Assembly: GCA_963720565.1 (NCBI GenBank) | Contig: CAVRFW010000006.1 | Span: 25,944 to 89,943 of the forward strand | Direction: 5' to 3' | DNA from: Candidatus Bathyarchaeota archaeon | GTDB taxonomy: Archaea > Thermoproteota > Bathyarchaeia > Bathyarchaeales > Bathycorpusculaceae | DNA: 64,000 nucleotides | Part shown: one piece after another, positions 51,585-61,384 of the stretch | Layout: every line of letters begins with the position of its first letter | Position numbering within the stretch: the first letter of the stretch is position 1 | Notes under the pieces: model-generated | What the model was told of the DNA's origin: nothing | Databases searched by the model: none | What the model saw: the letters and a program-made list of their open reading frames with translations, nothing else | Translations under genes and position numbers: made by a program

Positions 51585-52308
51585 TATAATGTCCCTCTAT
51601 GAAGGCTGTTAAGGGCAGGATTTCGGTAGGTAACTCGGCAGAGCCAAGCGTGAATGCAGGATGTTTCTCTAAAAATATCTCTCTTTCGTATTTTGTCTGT
51701 TTAAAAGCCATGACTACATTTGCCCTTCCGTAAGTCAAAGTTTGAAGGTGCAGGTTGCGTTGGCTGTCTTGGTGGGGTGGGTAAGTGGCAACTACTATGA
51801 CGTCTTGTTCTCGGGCGAAGTTCAATAGTCTAGTGGTGACTTGGCTGAAGATTCTTTTTGCTTCTTCGTCTTGCACATCCTTGTCCAGAAACATGGCGGC
51901 TATGTCTGAAATTATTACGAGTTTTGCGTTGCAGCTTTTAACGGCGTCTTCGAGTTTCTGCAGTATAAGTGAAGTCATTTGGTAAGCAGTGAAGGCTCTG
52001 GAGAGGTATATGCGGTCCAGGACTTGTTTTGGGTCAAGTTGGTGAAGCTTGGCTAACCGTGTTATCTGGTATAGTTTGAAGGTGTTTCCGCCGTCGATGA
52101 AGACTACGTTGCTTCCTAACCCGCCTAGTTGAGGTGGCAATTGAGCTCTTACACATAGAAGCGAAGATAAGGATAATACGGCGTCAGAACCATACAGGAC
52201 TGCAAAGTCGCCTGTTCTAAATCCGGGAAACAGCTGATTTATGTTTCGCATGTTAAACGAAAGCAGATTTTTGCACGGCGCGGTCTTGAATAGTGTATTT
52301 TGGGACAT
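51577..52308 (-). CDS. RadA/Rad51-fold protein with a degenerate Walker A
   Basis: QLPPQLGGL, VFIDGGNTF and SRAFTAYQ. The P-loop position reads LYGSDAVLSL, with no GKT/S. Confidence 0.85.
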   Translation of the reverse strand: MSQNTLFKTAPCKNLLSFNMRNINQLFPGFRTGDFAVLYGSDAVLSLSSLLCVRAQLPPQLGGLGSNVVFIDGGNTFKLYQITRLAKLHQLDPKQVLDRIYLSRAFTAYQMTSLILQKLEDAVKSCNAKLVIISDIAAMFLDKDVQDEEAKRIFSQVTTRLLNFAREQDVIVVATYPPHQDSQRNLHLQTLTYGRANVVMAFKQTKYEREIFLEKHPAFTLGSAELPTEILPLTAFIEGHYSG

Positions 52309-52410
52309 GTCTCTCACTTCTCCCACTTAATGAATAATTAACAAAGATTGCCGAATCCCCTTTTTAGGCTGTCATTGAAACGACTCTCTGGTACCCGTGG
52401 GAGAGTACAG

Positions 52411-52421
52411 TGAAAGTGAAA
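52411..52421 (-). promoter_or_regulatory. TTTCACTTTCA box upstream of the RadA-like/PolB2 operon
   Basis: TGAAAGTGAAA on the plus strand, about 100 nt upstream of the first start codon. Confidence 0.55.
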
Positions 52422-52585
52422 CATTCAAATGAAATTAATTCAACCAGTTTAGTTTTACGCTGGATGAATTGTTTTACGTGATTGTCAGCGCAAACTCACT
52501 GAATTAGAATACCGTGTTTGAAGCAAACTTGTCTTTGATTTCGCAGTTGAAAAAAGAAAGGGGGATTGGGGAAGATTACGACTGT

Positions 52586-53425
52586 TTATGCTTTTTCTTT
52601 GGACATTCTCTTTGCTAGGGCGTAGGCTATTGGGATCAGCATTATTGCCAAGGCTATTGCGAAAGCCCATGATATGTTAGCCACTATGTTTGTAACTCCT
52701 GGGAAGGTTGCGAATATTGCGCCTGCGCCGATTATGAGGAAGATGCTGTAGAGGACGAATTTTGCGTATCCTGCGACTTCTCGGAATTCTGCGTGGTCAT
52801 CGTTTATTGATTTTATCAGTCCGTCTGTTAGTGATATTCCTGCGCCGATTATTACGAAGCCGAGTATCAGCGGGTATATTGTGTCGCCTGATAATAACAT
52901 AAGGTTTAGTGCGAGGAGCAGTATGAACGCTATCAAGCCGATTTGCAGGAGGCTCGTTAGCATGTCAGCGATTTCGGATTTGGCTGCGGGGAAGATTGGC
53001 TTTATCATTTTTCCGATGAATGTTGCTAGGAGTTCAACGAAGACGGCGCCGAAGACAATGATGAGGATTCCGCCCAGAAGTCTCGGTAAGTAGTCTGCTA
53101 TGCGTGTTAAGTATGTGCCGATTACGCCTCCAACGTTGAGAATGCCTATTGCCATGATTACTGCAAGGATTATTATGAAAGCCTTTACTATTCCGGCGAT
53201 GAAGTCTGACATGTCTATGCCTGCTGACTTGAAAGATTTGCCTGCGACGGTTCCGTCAAATGCTTTTTCGATGCCGAGTTTCGTTACGATTTTGTTCACA
53301 GCTTTGCCGACTATTGTTCCGATGAAGTATCCGAGTAGAATCACGATGATTGCGGCGAGAATTGATGGTATTGCGTTGATTATGTCTCCAACCATGTTAG
53401 AGAGAACTTCGACTAAGTCTGCCAT
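52586..53425 (-). CDS. CmpX-like membrane protein with conserved TM-helix repeats (MscS-associated family)
   Basis: IPSILAAIIVILLGYFIG and YLPRLLGGILIIVFG repeats; no cytoplasmic MscS cage domain visible. Confidence 0.75.
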   Translation of the reverse strand: MADLVEVLSNMVGDIINAIPSILAAIIVILLGYFIGTIVGKAVNKIVTKLGIEKAFDGTVAGKSFKSAGIDMSDFIAGIVKAFIIILAVIMAIGILNVGGVIGTYLTRIADYLPRLLGGILIIVFGAVFVELLATFIGKMIKPIFPAAKSEIADMLTSLLQIGLIAFILLLALNLMLLSGDTIYPLILGFVIIGAGISLTDGLIKSINDDHAEFREVAGYAKFVLYSIFLIIGAGAIFATFPGVTNIVANISWAFAIALAIMLIPIAYALAKRMSKEKA

Positions 53426-53750
53426 GTTTTTCACTCGCATTTGTTATCTTAAGATATTTTATAAAAAACTTTCGTAGATGTTGAAATGGGTCTGGCTAGA
53501 AATGGCCAGTGTTCGGCGAATTTCTTCTACGGAGTTTGTTGCAGAGAGCAACTTTGTTTCAGATGATAATTCCCAAGCAAACATGTCTTAGAACTGTAAG
53601 AAATAGCCTACGTTTCTCCCGAAAATGCCAGGGATATGGTGAAAATCCACATATAGTCCCGTGTAATGTGTCATAAATCGTAATATAGGTTAAATCTTAA
53701 AAGGGGACTCTGCTATATTCAGAAACAAAAATAAGGTGTGAATACTGGTC

Positions 53751-54086
53751 ATGAAAAAAAGTGGAGACGAGGAGAAGATTAAGCACGTTCTAACCGACCC
53801 GAGACTTTCAGCGATAAAGACTATGCTTGAGAAGGACCACGCTATAGATTGCCTCTTCTTGCTGTACGTTGGCCGTGGGAAATGGAAGGAAGCAAAGGAT
53901 TTCATGCGCAAAAACAAACTGACGCTGAGCGATGGCACTTTCAGGGCGCGGATGATTGAGATCGAAGAGTTGGGCTTGGCTAAGAGCGAACGGATTGATC
54001 CGTTGAAGAAGTATTATTTGAAGACGGAGTTGGGTGAGAAGGTCGCGAAGCTTCTTCTTGGATTCTTTGACGAATTCGGTGCTTAG
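53751..54086 (+). CDS. Winged-helix DNA-binding protein
   Basis: LSDGTFRARMIEIEELGL...YYLKTELGEKVA. Confidence 0.8.
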   Translation: MKKSGDEEKIKHVLTDPRLSAIKTMLEKDHAIDCLFLLYVGRGKWKEAKDFMRKNKLTLSDGTFRARMIEIEELGLAKSERIDPLKKYYLKTELGEKVAKLLLGFFDEFGA

Positions 54087-54286
54087 TCTTAGCCGGCGCA
54101 TTGGCGCTTGAGTGTTGCACAGTTTCTTTTTCAACGTTTCTTTAAACTTGATTTTGTTTGGTCATCTGTGGTTTTTGTGTAGTTGTGTTTTACACATAAT
54201 GAATATGGTGTAGTAAGTCATAAGATTTAAATGGGTAATTTCGTCTAACATACTCGTTAATCCCAAAAGGAGGGATAAAAGAGAAA

Positions 54287-54713
54287 ATGAAAACACTAAG
54301 AAAAATAAGAAAAAGCACAAAAGCCCTTAGCCCCGTAGTCGCATCAATCATACTCATCGCAGTCACCGTCGCAGTCAGCATCGCAGTAGCCGCATGGATG
54401 GGAGCACTAACCGTCGGATTCATGGGAACAGAAGAACTCAAAATCACAAGCATGACTTTCACTGGTCAAACAGCATAACTATTGGTCGCCAACAACACAG
54501 GAACATCTCCAGTAACAATCAATGAAGTGTGGGTAAACAATTCACCAATTGCAGCAGCGTAGTGTTACTGGCGACGGGACGAATCAATATCTGCAAACTC
54601 AGGACAACAATTCGTTATAACCACTGCTGTAACTGACGGCTACAACTATCAAGTCAAGCTCGTCTCAACCAAAGGCAACACTTTCATGTACACTGCAGTC
54701 GCTCCAGCATTAA
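54287..54713 (+). CDS. Type IV pilin/archaellin-like protein, interrupted in this sequence
   Basis: Class III signal RKSTKA/LSPVVASIILIAVTVAV. After TAA (54476) and TAG (54560) the same frame resumes with NNTGTSPVTINEVWVN and YNYQVKLVSTKGNTF. Confidence 0.85.
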
Positions 54714-54815
54714 ATTCCCCCATTATCTTTACGTTAGAAATCGAGGGGTAGGGTGAAAAAAATCACTCTCAATTTCCCTTTCTCTTAGTTTCCTCTTTGG
54801 AGGTGCAAAAACAAA

Positions 54816-55244
54816 ATGGTAGTACAAATAAAAGAATATGGATCAGCTGAAAATATAGCCGAAACCTTAGACAAGGAAATAGCCGAAACCAAGAGCACGT
54901 TAGGCGAATACTTGCGAAGGCTAGACGAAATTCGCAACTTGGCGGAGAAATCAAAGAAGATCCGCGAAGTAGTAATGAAACTAGCTGGAAAAGCAAAAGC
55001 AGGCAGCGAAGGCCTAGGCGAAATCAACGTCGGAAGCCTAAACATCATACTAGACGCTAACCCATTCCACGAATTAACAGCGATAGAATCCGTTGTTCGC
55101 AGCCACCAGGAACGCCTACTCGTCCTCCAGAAGGCACGTGAAGCTCTTAAATGGCTAGATCAACTCGGCGATACTGAAGGCTTGAAATACTTAGTGGTTG
55201 AAAGCGAAGGAGTCCCAGAACGCATTCTGTTCAAGATCTCCTAA
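54816..55244 (+). CDS. Hypothetical helical-hairpin/coiled-coil protein
   Basis: 142 aa: two long helices around a beta hairpin; strong GGAGGTG ribosome-binding site. Confidence 0.8.
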   Translation: MVVQIKEYGSAENIAETLDKEIAETKSTLGEYLRRLDEIRNLAEKSKKIREVVMKLAGKAKAGSEGLGEINVGSLNIILDANPFHELTAIESVVRSHQERLLVLQKAREALKWLDQLGDTEGLKYLVVESEGVPERILFKIS

Positions 55245-55285
55245 ACGCTGGACACCACGAAAGACCATGAAGGAGCCATTAAGAC

Positions 55286-56195
55286 ATGAGTAATCAAGTA
55301 TACGCTTTGGCGCTCGATAACACGCTGCGAGAAATCAAGAACGTTTGCCCAGATGTGACTAGCATCTTCGTCTTCGAAGAAAACTCGCAAACCATCGCCA
55401 AAGACGACGACACAACCCAGGAAACCATAAACAAAACCGTAGACGCATTCCAAGCTATCAAATCAAAATCAGAAACCTCAGGCGGCTTAGAAGCGGTAAC
55501 CATACAAGGCTCCGAAGGTCGAGTAAACATAGCCTCCATCAACAACTTTTATTTAGCAACCGTCACTTCGAAAGAAGCTGACGAAAAATTCGTAAACTCA
55601 TTAACCCGCATTCTGATTCCTACAGTCGTCAAAATCGTCGATCAAATCCAGCCTGCCCCCACAAGAAGCGACGAACCAACCATGACCGCAGAACTCGAAC
55701 TCGTACAGGAATCAATACAAGAGCCCATACAAGAACCCGTTGAATACGCCTACCAAGAAGAGGCCGTTGAAGAAGCTGAACATACCGAACAACCTGAAGA
55801 AGAAATGCCGACCGTTGAAGAAACCGTTGCAGAAGAACTTGATTGAATCCGTCCAAGAAGTTCAGGCTGACAATGTTGAGGAAAATGGTCTGGTGCTTCC
55901 GGAACCTCCTGTAACTCAAGTGATTGTTGAGAGTCTTGGACGTTTGCAGTTCAAGTCAGACACGGTTCGCGTCGACAACTCAGTTATTGAACAGTGGAAA
56001 GATCTTTACGGTGACAGGATAATCGAGGAAGTTGAGCTGGATGCTCTGAACGGGAAAACAATAAGGTGCAAATTCAGTCCGATTAAGGATTCGAAATATC
56101 AGGGAAAAGGCGTGATCCAAATACCCGATAAGATCCAGGCTGCAATGGAAACCAGTAAAGGCAAGCTTGTGATGGTAAAACCGGTGGTTGAGTAG
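55286..56195 (+). CDS. Roadblock/LC7-like domain + acidic linker + Cdc48N-like beta-barrel, frameshift near 55840
   Basis: N-terminal alpha-beta-beta-alpha-beta-beta-beta-alpha pattern, Glu/Pro-rich linker, C-terminal DTVRVD...GVIQIPDKIQ...GKLVMVKP. Removing one T fuses the two ORFs. Confidence 0.65.
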
Positions 56196-56206
56196 AAAGA
56201 GGGAAA

Positions 56207-56623
56207 ATGATGGCTAAGAAAAAGAAAAGCATGAACGAAACTGCTGATACAGTATTCGCTGAAGAAAGCGCCCCGATAGTAGAGGCAGTAGAGGAAAAAC
56301 AGGTTTCCCAGGATTTGGCTACTCGCTTGTCAAAAATGTGCGAACGGCCAGGAGTCTTAGGCTTCATACTGCGAGATGCAACCACCGCAACGATAAACCT
56401 TAAAGAACCCGAGAAAATTGTCGATTATGCCCTCTTGACATCTCAGACGCTGGAATCAAGCCAAGAAATTAGTCAAATGTTCAACCTAGGCGATTTCGAG
56501 AGCACGCTAATTGAAGGAAAAAACATGAAAACGCTCTGCTTTGTTCTCGATGAGAATAGAGTAAACATATTCATGGAAAAAGATGTAGACCACGCAGACA
56601 TACTAAACAGCGTTAGGCAATAA
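56207..56623 (+). CDS. Roadblock/LC7 domain protein
   Basis: PGVLGFIL...YALL...FNLGDFESTLIEGK...LCF pattern. Confidence 0.75.
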   Translation: MMAKKKKSMNETADTVFAEESAPIVEAVEEKQVSQDLATRLSKMCERPGVLGFILRDATTATINLKEPEKIVDYALLTSQTLESSQEISQMFNLGDFESTLIEGKNMKTLCFVLDENRVNIFMEKDVDHADILNSVRQ

Positions 56624-56660
56624 CAAGATAAACGCTACCAAGACTTGCAAATCCCGCCTT

Positions 56661-56876
56661 TTAAGGCGTTGTTAAATCCAACAATTTTTGAAAAGCCTTA
56701 TTGATTTTAGCTTTTCCGTTTTCAAAATCAACCTTTGCAAACTCATACTTGTCTAAGAACGAAAGAATCTCTTCCATCTCCCGACCATCTAGGCTCGATT
56801 TCCTGCTTAGTCCTGCAATGCTATGCCACTTTCCGTCACTAAGCAGGTCCAGAATCATCGAGATCTTGGAAGCCAA
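56661..56876 (-). CDS. Small winged-helix protein
   Basis: ILDLLSDGKWHSIAGLSRK...ILSFLDKYEF. Confidence 0.7.
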   Translation of the reverse strand: MASKISMILDLLSDGKWHSIAGLSRKSSLDGREMEEILSFLDKYEFAKVDFENGKAKINKAFQKLLDLTTP

Positions 56877-57147
56877 AGGTCGTTTCTCCTAACCATCCTT
56901 TGTTGTCGCAGTACTTAAATGCCTTATGAGATTATCATTTAGAATACTGCTATAGAAAAAACCCCAAGTTTATCCACCCAAAGCTAGATAGGCAACCGAC
57001 TAGAAATTTATCATCTTTTTGCCTTTGCTGTCGTATTCCATGAAGGTAGAAAGCATAAAAGAGAAAAAGAAGACACATAAAGCATTAAGATACAGCATAC
57101 GTTTACAGGTGTCTCAAGAGAGCAGGACAGATAGGAAGAAAGAGAAG

Positions 57148-58228
57148 ATGCATAAGAAACTATTGATTCCGGGTCCCACAGAAGTAAGCCAAACCATACT
57201 TCAAGAGCAAACCCATCCATTGATAGGTCACAGAAGCAAAGAATTCTCTGAGCTTTACGCTGGAATAACTGGAAAAATCTGCCAAGTACTTTGAATTGCC
57301 CGCAGATTGCAAACCGACCGTTACTACGTCTTCAGGTACCCTATGGTTTGACATCGTAGGCAGAAGCATCGTGAAAAATAAAGCCCTTGCATGCACCAAC
57401 GGAGCTTTCTCGCAGCGATTCTCTCAGACAATTCAAGCCTGCGGCAAACAGGCTGACGTCATAGAAGTGGAGTGGGGCAAAGCCGTGAAGCCGGATATGA
57501 TAGCGGAAAAGCTCGAATCAGGCAAATACGACACGCTAACCATATGCCACAACGAGTCTTCAACGGGGGTACGCAACCCGATCCATGAGATTGGAAAAAT
57601 AGTGCGCAAAGACTATCCTGACGTTATGCTTGCTATCGACAGCGTCTCAGCCATGGCGGGAGATAAAACACTTCCCGAGGAAATCGGCTGCGACATCATC
57701 TTTGCTTCAACACAAAAATGCTTCGCGCTGCCTCCGGGGTTGGCTGTCGGTTTGGTCCATGATAGAGCATTGGAAAGGGCTAGAGAAGTTCCCAACCGAG
57801 GTTGCTACACAGATCTTCTGGAGATTTTCGAGTTCGAAAAGAAGAACCAGACGCCTTTCACACCGTGCATTCCACTGTTGTACGCTTTGAACAAGCGCAT
57901 GGATTTGCTGCTTGAAGAAACCTATGAAGCTGTTTATCAAAGGCACAAAGATATGGCAAAGTACACGCAGCAATGGGCTAAAAACCATTTTGCGATGTTT
58001 TCTGAACCCGGCTACGAATCAATCACTGTGAGCTGCATCCAGAATACAATAGGAAAGAGCGTGAAAGAACTTAACGCGAAACTTGGAGAACGAGGATACA
58101 CCATTTCCAACGGTTACGGAAAATTAGCGGAGAAAACCTTCCGCATAGGCCATATGGGCGAATGGAACCTCGCAGCAATTAAAGAAGTCCTAGCTAACAT
58201 CGACGACATCTGGGGGCTCAAAAACTAA
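57148..58228 (+). CDS. Class V PLP aminotransferase (serine/alanine-glyoxylate type), frameshift near 57282
   Basis: LLIPGPTEV...IGHRS, HNESSTG, DSVS, STQKCFALPPG and FRIGHMG. Confidence 0.9.
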
Positions 58229-58295
58229 CGTTCAGTTTCCAAGTCGGAAACGAAAGCTCAGATGAAGTAGTTGGAAAGACTGTGGGCTGAAAATC

Positions 58296-59574
58296 TTGGT
58301 TGATATCAGACCTTTCAGAGCAATACGGTATACAGAAAAGGCCGGTGACCCACAGAACCTGATAACCTTGCCCTATGACAAGATCGACTCTGCATTGCAG
58401 AAGAACCTACTATAGCAAGTCACCATACAACTACTGCCGCCTGATTCTGCCTATGGAAGAAAACAAGTATGAAGTCGCTGGACAACGAATCGACCAATGG
58501 ACAAGAGAAGGCATACTGGCCAAAGAGGAACAGCCTGCAGTTTTCGTTTCAAGACAAGAATTCACGCTGTCAGGAAAAACACGTGTTCGCACGGGATTAA
58601 TCGCCGCCTTGCGATTATACTCGTACAGCGAAGACATGGTTTTTCCTCATGAAATCACATATTCCGAACCGAAAGCCGACAGACTAAACATGCTAAGGAA
58701 AATTCAAAGGGATCTCGAACCCGTTTTTCTAATATACTCAGACCCCGAGAACAGGACAGTAGACTTGTTCGCTGAAATTGCAAAGAAGAAACCGACAACA
58801 GAGGTTGTTGATTCGTATGGGGTGAAGCATACTGTTTGGAAAATCTCAGATCCGCAGAAATTGGAGTTTTTAAGGAAAGAGATGGAAGACAAAACTTTGG
58901 TTATCACGGACGGCCATCACAGGTATGAGAGCGCCATTGCGTACCGGGACGAAAGACGCAGCGAGACGGAATGGACAAAGGATTCAGCTTTCAATTTTCA
59001 CATGTGCTACATGGTTCCAGTCCAGGATGAAGGGTTAGTGGTTTTGCCCACTCACAGACTGCTGAAAGGATTCAGACTTTCCAAAAGCGTTCTGGCAGAG
59101 TTGAACCGGTTCTTTACCGTTTCAGAAATCGGGTCAACTGTTGAAGTTGCGGAAGCGTATCTTGAGAGACATAATCGAGAACATGGATTTTGTGTCTATG
59201 ATGGGTCAAAAGTTTATGGCTTGCTCCTGAAGGACGAAAAAAATGTAGTCGAAATTATCGATGCTGGCTGCCCCAAGGAGGCATGTGTATTGGATGTGGT
59301 GATACTTCGGGATCTCATCTTCAAACATGTGATTAAGACCGGTGAGATGCAGATGGACAAGCATATCGTCTACGCCGGGTCAACGAAGGAAGCCTTTGAA
59401 AAAGTCCAGACTGGAGAAGCGGAGCTGGCATTCTTGGTTAATCCCATAAACCCGAAAATGGTTTGGAAAATAGCTCTAAAACGTTGGAGATTACCCGAAA
59501 AATCAACAGATTTCTATCCAAAGCCAGTTTCTGGCTTAATGATGATGGATATCTCATCTGATGAGAAGCTCTAG
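58296..59574 (+). CDS. DUF1015 family protein, frameshift near 58407
   Basis: IRPFRAIRY...PYDKI, PHEIT, DGHHRYE, PTHRL and KSTDFYPK. Confidence 0.88.
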
Positions 59575-59609
59575 CTTTCAGGAAAAGTTTGCAGTGTTTG
59601 TCTGGCGGA

Positions 59610-59753
59610 CTATTTTACGAATTTTGTTGCGTGCCGCTTGAATCGTTTCTTGCATGTCACGCTGCAAAAATGGAAAGTTTCACCCTGATATGTTATTTTG
59701 AATTTAGCCGTGTTTTCATCAAGAACCATGCCGCAGACTGGGTCTCTGAACAT
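59610..59753 (-). CDS. YHS/TRASH metal-binding domain protein (47 aa)
   Basis: Manual ORF MFRDPVCGMVLDENTAKFKITYQGETFHFCSVTCKKRFKRHATKFVK. Confidence 0.88.
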   Translation of the reverse strand: MFRDPVCGMVLDENTAKFKITYQGETFHFCSVTCKKRFKRHATKFVK

Positions 59754-60022
59754 ATTCCCTTTTCTCTACCTCAGTGAAAAGTATGTCTTCCGCCTTTTAT
59801 GGTTAGTGGTATGATACCCACTATACAAAGTTCTGTTGACATATTTGTGATTCCTCGGGAAACCAACAAGCATATTTTGCCTTGTTTATTGATAAAACCC
59901 ACGGGGACAAGTCTGGAAGATTTTTGTTTCAAACTTGGTGAAGCTATCTTTTTTTGTCTTCACTGTTTCTTAATAACAGAAGAAAAGTTGAGGATGCTCA
60001 GATTCGTTCGCGGGTTGGTGGT

Positions 60023-61171
60023 TTAGAAAAAGCCAACCACGGGCGAATCTGAATCTTGATGAGAGCCTATCTCTTCGATTTTTGTCTTTGTTAGTGCTTT
60101 GATGTTGTTGAAGTTGCTGAGTTCTCCGTAGCTAACTAGAGTGATAGCTGTGCCGTCGCCTCCCATGCGGGCGGTTCTGCCTACCCTGTGGAAGTATACT
60201 AACGGATCTTCTGGTACATCGTAGTTGATTATGTGCGTTATCCCTTGTATGTCTAAACCGCGTGCCGCAACGTCTGTTGCAACAAGTAGATCTAATCGTC
60301 CATTGCGGAAATCGGCTATGACATGTTCTCTCTGTGATTGAGTGAAGCCTGCGTGCAGCGCTTGTGTGTTGTGTCCTTTTGCGTATAGTCTATCAGCTAT
60401 TTTGCTTGTTTCGTGGCGTGTTCTGCAGAAGATTATGGCTCTTTCCACATGGCTTTCCTTTAGTAGGTTGCAGAGGGTTTCGAATTTGCCGTGCTGGTTG
60501 ACAACGGTGTAGTACTGTTTCATCTGTGTTAGTCCGATTTCGTCTTTGCTTACAAGGATTTTAATAGGGTTGCGCATGTAACGGTTGCAGACGCCCATAA
60601 CTGTCTTGTCTATGGTTGCGCTGAAAAGGCTTGTCTGCCTATCAGTCGGTACTCTTGATATTATGTAGCTTATGTCTTCTATGAATCCCATGTCGAGCAT
60701 CCGATCGGCCTCGTCTAACACCACGACTCTAACGTTGGACAGGTCTAGCACGCGTCTTTCTAGAAGGTCAATTACTCGACCTGGTGTGCCAACGACGATT
60801 TGAGCGCCGTATTGAAGCTCGCGTACTTGCCTCTCAATTGAGGCTCCGCCATAGACTGGCAAGACCTTGAGCTTGGCGTATTTCGCGAATAGGCTCATTT
60901 GCTGTGCCACTTGAACGGCGAGTTCGCGTGTAGGGACAAGAATTAATCCTTGAACTTTTCTAATTTGCGGTTTTAGGCGTTCCACCATTGGAACTCCGAA
61001 CGCAGCTGTTTTGCCCGTTCCTGTTTGTGCTTGCCCGATGACATCCTTGCCATCGAGGAGCGGAACTATCGCTTGAGCTTGAATCGGAAAAAGACTGTCA
61101 AACCCAAGTTCTTTAATGCTTCTTAAGACTTCCATGCTCAATGGTAAGTCTTTAAACGACTGTATTTCCAA
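60023..61171 (-). CDS. deaD: DEAD-box RNA helicase
   Basis: AQTGTGKT, PTRELA, DEAD, SAT, ARGLD and HRVGRTAR. Confidence 0.95.
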   Translation of the reverse strand: MEIQSFKDLPLSMEVLRSIKELGFDSLFPIQAQAIVPLLDGKDVIGQAQTGTGKTAAFGVPMVERLKPQIRKVQGLILVPTRELAVQVAQQMSLFAKYAKLKVLPVYGGASIERQVRELQYGAQIVVGTPGRVIDLLERRVLDLSNVRVVVLDEADRMLDMGFIEDISYIISRVPTDRQTSLFSATIDKTVMGVCNRYMRNPIKILVSKDEIGLTQMKQYYTVVNQHGKFETLCNLLKESHVERAIIFCRTRHETSKIADRLYAKGHNTQALHAGFTQSQREHVIADFRNGRLDLLVATDVAARGLDIQGITHIINYDVPEDPLVYFHRVGRTARMGGDGTAITLVSYGELSNFNNIKALTKTKIEEIGSHQDSDSPVVGFF

Positions 61172-61384
61172 TATATCTTATTTCTCCTGCCACAGAAATG
61201 TTCATGCTTTTCCAAAAGCTTTTCAGGAGCTTAGTTAGGTACATGAGTTAATGTGACACTGCAGATGGACGAGTTCGCCTATAAAAAGGTTTAGCACACT
61301 CTTAACAAAAAGAAACGAGAAGGCTGACTCTTTAGCCTTAAGAAGAAGAAAACGGGCTTTTTAGCGGCGACCGAAAAAATGTTG

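Noticed and set aside
30497..54562. Stop-codon recoding (pyrrolysine or readthrough) at the TAG in rad50 and the TAG/TAA in the pilin
   Set aside because: rad50 continues in a different frame, the pilin stops lie in locally shifted segments, and TAG terminates many normal genes here.
59770..59963. Possible small minus-strand ORF between deaD and the YHS gene
   Set aside because: It needs a frameshift to be continuous and has no recognisable motif.
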